Part shown: piece by piece, positions 57,607 through 64,000 of the stretch
Position numbering within the stretch: position 1 is the first letter of the stretch
Layout: each line of letters starts with the position of its first letter
The notes under the pieces: model-generated
Databases searched by the model: none
Told to the model about the DNA's origin: nothing
Seen by the model: only the letters and a program-made list of their open reading frames with translations
Assembly: GCA_018819205.1 (NCBI GenBank)
Contig: JAHJQE010000036.1
Coordinates: 1,587 to 65,586, forward strand
From: Gammaproteobacteria bacterium
GTDB lineage: Bacteria; Pseudomonadota; Gammaproteobacteria; Burkholderiales; Gallionellaceae
DNA: 64,000 nucleotides
Reading direction: 5' to 3'
Position numbers and translations under genes: made by a program

Positions 57607-59973
57607 CTAGGTGGGGGCGTATACGAATATCCGGTCACGCCCGGCCTCTTTCGCCCGGTACATGGCGCTATCGCCCCGGCTGAGGATGTCGTACTGATTG
57701 TCTGACTTGCCATCGAATAGCGTGACACCGATGCTGCTGGTGCATTCGTGGGTGACGGCGATCTTCTCGTCTCCCTTGACACGGGTCAGGTTATAGGGCT
57801 CAGCCAAGGCTGCGGCGATCTTCTCTGCGACGACGTAAGCCTGTTGCCGCATCTCTTCCTTGCTGCTGGATAGATCACCCAGTACGACTACGAATTCGTC
57901 ACCACCATAGCGGGCGACCGTGTCGATCTCACGCACGGTAGAGGTGAGGCGCTGGGAGACTTCAATAAGCAACTGGTCGCCGACTTCGTGCCCGCATTGG
58001 TCATTGATGGGTTTGAAGTTATCCAGATCGAGGAACAGCAAGGCGCCGTAGGCATCGTTGCGTTTGCTGTTGGCGAGTGACTTCGAGAGTCTGTCGCTCA
58101 GCATGCGCCGGTTGGGAAGGTGGGTGAGCGGATCGAAGAATGCCAGGGAATAGATCTCCTGCTCGGTCTCCTTGCGTTTGCTGATGTCGCGGCAGAAGGC
58201 GATGTTGTATTCGAGTTCGCCGAACTGCACATGGTTGGCGGAGACTTCGACCGGGATGATGCTGCCATCCTTGCGCCTGTGCCGGGTCTCGAACAGCTGC
58301 GTCTTGTCTTGTTTGAGTTCTTCCCAGTGGGCCTTCCAATGATCGACCGGGAAGTCCGGATCCAGATCCGGGATGGAGAGTTTCATCAATTCTTCCCGGT
58401 TGTAGCCCAGTGTCGAGCAACCCTGGTTGTTGACGTAGCGGATGTTGCCATCCTTATCCAGCCAGTAGATGGCATCGAACGCCTTGTCCATGGCGAACTT
58501 GGAGAGTTGGAGTTGAACTTCCGACTCTTTTTGGTCGTTGATGTCGACACAGCTGCCGATGTAGCCGAGGAACAGGCCTTTGCTATCGTAACGAGGAACG
58601 CCGTGGTCGACGATCCAGCGGTATTCACCTGTGTGATGACGCAGGCGATATTCCAGTGTGAATGGCCGTCGCGCATCGAAGGCCAGGATATATGCGTGCA
58701 GACAATCTTCCCGGTCATCCTGATGAATGCCTTGAGTCCATCCATCTCCCAACTCCTGCTCCATCTTGCGACCTGTGAAGTCCAGCCAGACCTGATTGAA
58801 ATAGATGGATTTCTTGTCGGTCCCGGCGATCCAGATCATCACGGATTCGTTCTTGGCCAGTACACGCAGGTTCTCTTCGCTCTTGCGTAATTCTGAAACG
58901 GCAGTTTCGGCTTTGTTCAGAGCTGCGCGCGACTGCGTAAGTGCTGTGATCAGGAAATAAAGCAGGATGCTGGTAATAGTGCCACCGAAGAAGATCATCC
59001 GGGCCTTGCTGTAGTCCAGTCCTTCTTTGTGGGGGGCAAGATGTTCCGATACCAGCGTCCATTCGTGTCCGCCGAATTCGAGCCGTTGCTGGATGATGAA
59101 AGGCTTGGCCGTCTGGTCTTTCTTTTTGAGGTTGGAGTAGAGCAGTGCATCCCGGCCGAGATGTGTTCCATCATAGATGCTGATCTGAAGAGGCGTGATT
59201 TTGCCTTCCGGTTTAGCTGCGCTAAGGGCATTCTCGACCATGTCTTTCATGCGGAAGGGGCTGTATACCCAGCCTTCCAGTGCGGCACGACGCTGTGCTA
59301 CGGTTTCGTGCGGCATACCTTTTCGATAATGCGGGAGATACATCAGAGTGCCTGCCTGCACATCCTCCGTGGTCTCTTGTACCAGCTTAACTTTTCCGGA
59401 AAGCGCTATGGCGTTCGTGTCGCGCGCGCGCTCCATTGCAGTGCGACGGGTGGGTTCGGAGTACATGTTGTAGCCGAATGCGCGCAAATTGCGTCCGCTG
59501 AACGGCTCCAGGTAGAGGATGGAGGTATAAGCGTCCAGATCCTGTTTCGGCCACACTTCGTATTCGGGGAATCCTTCGCGGCGTACCGATGCGATGTGGG
59601 AAGCGAGCTGATCGCGATGTATCCACTGGGCGTAGCCCAAGCCCTGCACACTCTTGAAATGATCGTTCAACTCTATGCGACTGGCGTAGCGTTGCCATTC
59701 ATCGCGCGTCACTTTGGATGAGGAATCGAGGAAGGCGGCGGCACCGATCAGTACTTGTTCATGCGAGCTCAGGGTGGCCAACAGATGCATGCGCACCTCA
59801 TCGGCATCTGCGGCAAAGTGTTCGATCGCGATCTTGTCCGCATCGACCTTGGCTTCGTAGCTTAAATACAAGGTGATAGCCAAGCCTGCAAGCATGGCTA
59901 CAAAGGCATACTTGCAGAATTGGCTCACATCTGCCAAGTGCATGGCGGATTTATCAAGCTGCTTTGCAAGCAC
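57607..59973 (-). CDS. CHASE-PAS-PAS-GGDEF diguanylate cyclase (probable GTG start)
   Basis: CHASE GLGYAQW/YLEPFSGRNLRAFGY, two PAS, intact GGDEF with RxxD I-site (REID). Confidence 0.93.
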   Translation of the reverse strand: MLAKQLDKSAMHLADVSQFCKYAFVAMLAGLAITLYLSYEAKVDADKIAIEHFAADADEVRMHLLATLSSHEQVLIGAAAFLDSSSKVTRDEWQRYASRIELNDHFKSVQGLGYAQWIHRDQLASHIASVRREGFPEYEVWPKQDLDAYTSILYLEPFSGRNLRAFGYNMYSEPTRRTAMERARDTNAIALSGKVKLVQETTEDVQAGTLMYLPHYRKGMPHETVAQRRAALEGWVYSPFRMKDMVENALSAAKPEGKITPLQISIYDGTHLGRDALLYSNLKKKDQTAKPFIIQQRLEFGGHEWTLVSEHLAPHKEGLDYSKARMIFFGGTITSILLYFLITALTQSRAALNKAETAVSELRKSEENLRVLAKNESVMIWIAGTDKKSIYFNQVWLDFTGRKMEQELGDGWTQGIHQDDREDCLHAYILAFDARRPFTLEYRLRHHTGEYRWIVDHGVPRYDSKGLFLGYIGSCVDINDQKESEVQLQLSKFAMDKAFDAIYWLDKDGNIRYVNNQGCSTLGYNREELMKLSIPDLDPDFPVDHWKAHWEELKQDKTQLFETRHRRKDGSIIPVEVSANHVQFGELEYNIAFCRDISKRKETEQEIYSLAFFDPLTHLPNRRMLSDRLSKSLANSKRNDAYGALLFLDLDNFKPINDQCGHEVGDQLLIEVSQRLTSTVREIDTVARYGGDEFVVVLGDLSSSKEEMRQQAYVVAEKIAAALAEPYNLTRVKGDEKIAVTHECTSSIGVTLFDGKSDNQYDILSRGDSAMYRAKEAGRDRIFVYAPT

Positions 59974-60028
59974 TCGTTTCCCCCTGGTGTGGACAAGTAA
60001 CGGCTGCAACCCTATTCAGGAATACTTC

Positions 60029-60150
60029 CTTGCGCCAGCCTCCTGTCCGGGAATCTCGTTGTCCTTACTGCACCGTACTTGCGGTGGAGTTTGAGGGCCT
60101 CGAATCTGCAAGTCGTACTAAACTCTATGGGGTGTATGAAGATGTGTCAA
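60029..60150 (-). ncRNA. Repeated promoter-leader module, copy 3
   Basis: TTGACA-N17-TAGAGT then structured core 60029-60112. Confidence 0.75.
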
Positions 60151-60193
60151 TGATACGACTGCATTTATAAACCATTCAGTAAAAGAGGTTTGC

Positions 60194-60727
60194 ATGAAGC
60201 TGATATTGGTCCGTCACGGCGAGAGCGAAGGTAATGTGAAGCATGTGATCAATGACGATCCCATGCGTGCCGTCGCGCTGACGGAGAGAGGCAGGGCTCA
60301 AGCTGTGGCCGCTGCAGAACGATTGCAGGGAATACGGTTCACTCATGCCTATGTTTCCGAGTTCACGCGTGCCCGGCAGACGGCAGCCATCCTGTTGCGG
60401 CAACATGGGCTCGTACCTGTGGTCGATGCACGATTGAACGAGCGGATATCAGGCATGGATGGTCTGCATGTCGATGTGTTCAACGACCTCGTGCGAGAAG
60501 ACTATCTGCATACCAAGCCACCCGGAGGCGAGTCCTTTCTGGAGCAGATGGCACGGATACGCAGTTTCCTTGATGAGATATCGCATCGCCATCCTGATGG
60601 CATCGTGCTGGTGGTCTCGCACGAGAATCCCATCGTTGCCGCGCTGACGCTGAAGAGTACAACACCGGAATCAGCGTGCCTGCAAAAGCTGGATAACTGC
60701 GAATCGGTGGTGCTGGACTGGCCTTAG
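60194..60727 (+). CDS. Histidine phosphatase superfamily protein
   Basis: VRHGES, RARQTA, GGESF, LVVSH. Confidence 0.92.
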   Translation: MKLILVRHGESEGNVKHVINDDPMRAVALTERGRAQAVAAAERLQGIRFTHAYVSEFTRARQTAAILLRQHGLVPVVDARLNERISGMDGLHVDVFNDLVREDYLHTKPPGGESFLEQMARIRSFLDEISHRHPDGIVLVVSHENPIVAALTLKSTTPESACLQKLDNCESVVLDWP

Positions 60728-61023
60728 GTCGGCGGTTCGATCTTGCGCAGCAGGGCGATACGGCGTGTTTCGGCGATCTTTAGCCAGAGCACGACTGATG
60801 CCAGCAGCAGTGTGATGCTGTTCGCCGCGATCACCGGCAGGCTGCCGATGGCGATTCCGTAGCCCAGCCAGAGGGCAACTCCCAATGTGAATAGGGTATA
60901 CATCGGCAGTGAGATGCCGGCGAGGTTGCGGGTGCGCCAGGATTGCCAAGCCTGCGGCACGAAAGCGATAGTGGTGAGGAAGGCGGCGGGGTAGCCAAAC
61001 AGGTTGCTGAGTTCGGTCGTCAT
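60724..61023 (-). CDS. SemiSWEET / PQ-loop transporter
   Basis: LTTIAFVPQAW, GISLPMY, LWLGYG, VIAAN. Confidence 0.9.
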   Translation of the reverse strand: MTTELSNLFGYPAAFLTTIAFVPQAWQSWRTRNLAGISLPMYTLFTLGVALWLGYGIAIGSLPVIAANSITLLLASVVLWLKIAETRRIALLRKIEPPT

Positions 61024-61103
61024 GGCGGGCTGCTTCGTATTCCTTTCCGCCGGCAGGCGGGTGGGCGCATTCTACCCAACACCATACTCTTGCGCAGCAT
61101 GCT

Positions 61104-61232
61104 TCAATGCCCGTCGTAGAGACTCTCGAAATCGCGGAAGAAGTGTTCCAGAACTTTGGCGCGCTTGACCTTCAGCGTCGGGGTGAGCAGGCCGTTGTCC
61201 ATGCTCTAGGCTTCGCCCAGCAGTGCCAAGCG
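61104..61232 (-). pseudogene. C-terminal remnant of a long-chain acyl-CoA synthetase with in-frame TAG
   Basis: RLALLGEA*SMDNGLLTPTLKVKRAKVLEHFFRDFESLYDGH*; TAG at the usual Trp position. Confidence 0.75.
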
Positions 61233-61292
61233 GCAGGCAGGGCGCGTTCCTGAAAGGTGGCGGTTCAGTGTTGGCCGTACTTGGCAAAACTA

Positions 61293-62099
61293 TCAGGTCT
61301 TGTCTACGTAATTGACGGGCGCGTGGTCGCCAAACGGCTTGGGGGGGCGCATCCATCCTAACAGCCAGTCCATCCAGCCGCGCGAAGCGGGCGCTTCAAG
61401 TGTCTGCAACTTTCCGATATGTCGGAAGCCAAGTGCCTCGGGGGGTACAGTCGCGACGATGTCCTCACCGTACACGACGCGGTGGATGCTTTCGGCCATG
61501 CCATCGAGTGACGCGACGAATTCTTCATCGCCCACACGCGGGGAGCCGAAGGTGTAGAGCGCGGTCGGTGCGATGCGTGCGGCGGCCAGCGTAGCCAATG
61601 CAGCGCCCAAACTGTGGCCGGTGAAGAATAACGGACATTGCAGCCGCTTTAGTGCGCGTTCGATGTCAACCCACACGCTGTCGAGTGCCTGGGTGAACCC
61701 GGTATGGGTATCAATCTTGCCGTCGTTGTTGCGCAGGTATCCTACTGTGAGATCGGTGACGAGATCCTTGATGTGCAGTTCGGTGCCGCGAAAGACGAGC
61801 ACGGCGAATGGCGCAACAGTCCCGAATTCCAGCAACATGGCCTGCGTATCAGTCTTGCGCGAGAAGAAGAACTGTCTGCGGGTACAGCCGGCCTTTTTCA
61901 GAAACAGGGTCTGGGTAGGTTGTGTTGGTGAGTCAGTCTCCTCCGCGTCGTGGCGATAGATCAGACGGCTGAGTTCGGCAAGCCAGTGGGCGTTGCCGCT
62001 TTTGTAGCTGCGTGTGCTGGGATCGAACGGAGGTAGAGGCCGACGCGAGAAGAAATCCCTGGCGTCGCCGGGATGTAACAGTTCGTTCCAGGTTGCCAT
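61293..62099 (-). CDS. Lipase class 3 family protein
   Basis: VLVFRGT, HTGF, GHSLG, YTFGSPRVG, DIVATVP, DH. Confidence 0.92.
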   Translation of the reverse strand: MATWNELLHPGDARDFFSRRPLPPFDPSTRSYKSGNAHWLAELSRLIYRHDAEETDSPTQPTQTLFLKKAGCTRRQFFFSRKTDTQAMLLEFGTVAPFAVLVFRGTELHIKDLVTDLTVGYLRNNDGKIDTHTGFTQALDSVWVDIERALKRLQCPLFFTGHSLGAALATLAAARIAPTALYTFGSPRVGDEEFVASLDGMAESIHRVVYGEDIVATVPPEALGFRHIGKLQTLEAPASRGWMDWLLGWMRPPKPFGDHAPVNYVDKT

Positions 62100-62120
62100 A
62101 TCTTCCTTTCAATATGTGTA

Positions 62121-63143
62121 TCAGACGACCGCCAGATCGTAGCCCATGTTCTTGAATATGCTCGAGAGCTGTTTGATGCCGAAGCGTTCCTGTTCTTTCA
62201 CCGCCTGTTGGAAGCGGTACCAGTGGGTGCTTTCGCGTGTGCTGCTGTCACGCCAGTGATATCGATCCTTGAACAGGGTGAAGCCGTGCAGCAATCCGTC
62301 CGGGTTGTCTTTCATGCCGCGCACTTCTGTTTCGATGGCTGCGTCGAACCACACTGTCTCGTCGAACTCCGGGAACCAGTCCAGACGTTTCCTGTAGCTG
62401 CTGAGGCGCGCATCCTGATAACGCAGTTCGTCGCCGGTATAGGTCTGCCCACCGATGGTGATGAGATCGCTTTCCAGCAACGGCCACTGAGCGGAATGAT
62501 CCGGATTCCCCTCGCTGACTTGGTAACTGCAGTAGCGTTTGAACAAGGCCTCGGCGGCATCGATGAAACGGTTGCGGTTGCTGATCTCGTCATCGACCAG
62601 ACGGTTGTCTATCCATTCATGGCAGACCCAGTCGGGATGGTGGCCGCCGGGCGCGTGGCCGATGGCGGGGACGGGTTTGAGCTCGATCTGGTTGTAGTGG
62701 TCGTACCAGCCGACGAAGTTCTGGTGCGCCCAGGTATCCACGAAGCTGTGGGAGGCGATGCCGATGCGATACAGGCGGGTATCGGTATGCGCCTTTAACG
62801 CATCGTCCAGCATGGCGTTCGCATGTTCGTTGTTCGGCGTGGTGTTGAGCAGATGCATTTTGCCGTCGCGTCGGCGGGCGGTATAGGCCATCGGGTCGCC
62901 AGGGATGAAGTGGAAGATGGGATAGATGCGCATCAGGCTGTCCTTGGGCTTGAGGATGTTCATCGTTTGGCTCATGAAATTGATGTAGGGCCGCAATTTT
63001 CCGGAGCGATCCAGAATCTCGTGGCTGATGTCGTTCTCGTCGACGTATTCGGACGCGTAGGCGATGGTGAGTGAATCTTCCTTGCTGAAGCCGGCACGAT
63101 GTGCGACCAGCCCGGTGAGCCAATAGTGGAATTCGATGTCCAT
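62121..63143 (-). CDS. DUF6765-like protein, possible Zn-dependent phospholipase C/P1 nuclease fold
   Basis: MDIEFHYW...ASEYVD...FHFIPG...GIASHSFVDTWAHQNF...IGHA; family name from memory. Confidence 0.65.
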   Translation of the reverse strand: MDIEFHYWLTGLVAHRAGFSKEDSLTIAYASEYVDENDISHEILDRSGKLRPYINFMSQTMNILKPKDSLMRIYPIFHFIPGDPMAYTARRRDGKMHLLNTTPNNEHANAMLDDALKAHTDTRLYRIGIASHSFVDTWAHQNFVGWYDHYNQIELKPVPAIGHAPGGHHPDWVCHEWIDNRLVDDEISNRNRFIDAAEALFKRYCSYQVSEGNPDHSAQWPLLESDLITIGGQTYTGDELRYQDARLSSYRKRLDWFPEFDETVWFDAAIETEVRGMKDNPDGLLHGFTLFKDRYHWRDSSTRESTHWYRFQQAVKEQERFGIKQLSSIFKNMGYDLAVV

Positions 63144-63203
63144 GCGTTTCCCCTTTTGTGACAGTTCGGTCTGACGGAATCTCCTCTGATTCGGAAATGT
63201 CGT

Positions 63204-63323
63204 CTTGCGCCAGCCTCCTGTCCGGGGATCCCGTTGCCAGTCTTGCACCGTACCTGCGGTGCAATGTTCTTGGGCGGGATTGCAAGCTGTGCTGAATGTA
63301 GGGGAGGTGGTCTTCGAAGTCAA
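63204..63323 (-). ncRNA. Repeated promoter-leader module, copy 4
   Basis: TTGACT-N17-TACATT then structured core 63204-63286. Confidence 0.75.
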
Positions 63324-63413
63324 TCAGGAGCGATGCGTATCGGCATAAATGTCGATCTTGGCATCGGTATAATGTGTCGCTGTTTCCTGGTTCAACTCTT
63401 ATCTGGAGTCATC

Positions 63414-64000
63414 GTGTTCAAGCTTATCGCTATCGTAGTCGGCTATATATTTTTCGGATGGATGGGGGCTTTCTTCGGCCTGATCCTGGGCGCGGTCATC
63501 GATCGTATCCGCGCATTCGGCCAGGGAGCGCTGAATCCCCTGCATGCCGCATTACGGCAGACGGTGTTTCTGGAGACGGTGTTCATTGCCATGGGCAGGT
63601 TGGCCAAGGCAGACGGGCGCGTGTCGGAAGCGGAGATCGCGCATACCGAGGCGTTGATGCAGAAACTGGGCATGACGCCTGAGCATCGCCAGCAGGCCAT
63701 CGCGCTTTTCAAGAAGGGCGCTGCGGGTGATGGTGACATGTATGCGGCGTGCAAGAAGTTCATGTCGGTATGCGGCCATACCCATCACTTGAAAGAGATG
63801 CTGCTGGTCTATCTGATTGTGATGGCGATGGCGGACGGGGAATACCATCCGGAAGAAGAGAAGCTGCTGATGGAGATCGCCGGGCATCTTGGCTATGGGC
63901 CGGAAGCTTTCAGGCGACTGCTGGATATGGTGGTGAACCAGACGCATTTCGCAGGCGGTCAGGCGAACAGTGAGACTGCGCTGGAGGATGCCTACAAGGC
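63414..64000 (+). CDS. djlA: Co-chaperone DjlA (partial, GTG start)
   Basis: Hand translation VFKLIAIVVGYIFFGWMGAFFG...AMGRLAKADGRVSEAEI...AMADGEYHPEE...ALEDAYK; TerB-like domain leading into J domain. Confidence 0.88.
   Translation, partial: MFKLIAIVVGYIFFGWMGAFFGLILGAVIDRIRAFGQGALNPLHAALRQTVFLETVFIAMGRLAKADGRVSEAEIAHTEALMQKLGMTPEHRQQAIALFKKGAAGDGDMYAACKKFMSVCGHTHHLKEMLLVYLIVMAMADGEYHPEEEKLLMEIAGHLGYGPEAFRRLLDMVVNQTHFAGGQANSETALEDAYK

Noticed and set aside
60070-60087. CGCAAGTACGGT resembling group II intron domain V 3' half
   Set aside because: No AGC/CGC triad 5' half, no domain VI, no RT; here the sequence pairs as a simple CACCG/CGGTG hairpin
52285-63323. Repeated module as a CRISPR array
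   Set aside because: Copies are kilobases apart, separated by genes, over 80 nt long and divergent; no cas genes

Overview
GC-rich betaproteobacterial chromosome, probably Gallionellaceae (Sideroxydans-like); this is inferred from gene order and the GAACGAACGTTC operator upstream of recA. Positions 1-51.4 kb are mostly core genes: lemA, dnaJ-dnaK-grpE with sigma32 promoters, leuCDB-asd-fimV-truA-trpFBA-accD-folC-dedD-cvpA-purF, a SAM-II riboswitch ahead of metZ, pncC-recA-recX-alaS, pgm-waaF, ilvE, an adenylate cyclase, glnE, yhdP-nitrilase-tldD-crcB and purL. After the purL terminator lies a ~12 kb accessory patch (51.4-63.3 kb) with no integrase or transposase; djlA resumes at the right edge. 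Main finding: four dispersed copies of one ~120-bp module on the minus strand, each a sigma70 promoter followed by an 83-85 nt structured leader with compensatory base changes, a CANGNA loop, fixed-length variable internal segments and an invariant CCCGGA(A)CAGGAGGCTGGCGCAAG 3' block. Each copy sits 5' of an unrelated accessory gene. I could not match it to any RNA family I recall. Second finding: a 143-bp structured insertion at an 11-bp direct repeat in the recA 3' end supplies a synonymously recoded replacement C-terminus and displaces the apparently native tail, which remains as a small ORF overlapping recX. Third: repeat-derived in-frame insertions occur in folC, recX and purL. All family assignments are from motif recognition by eye; no database searches were run.
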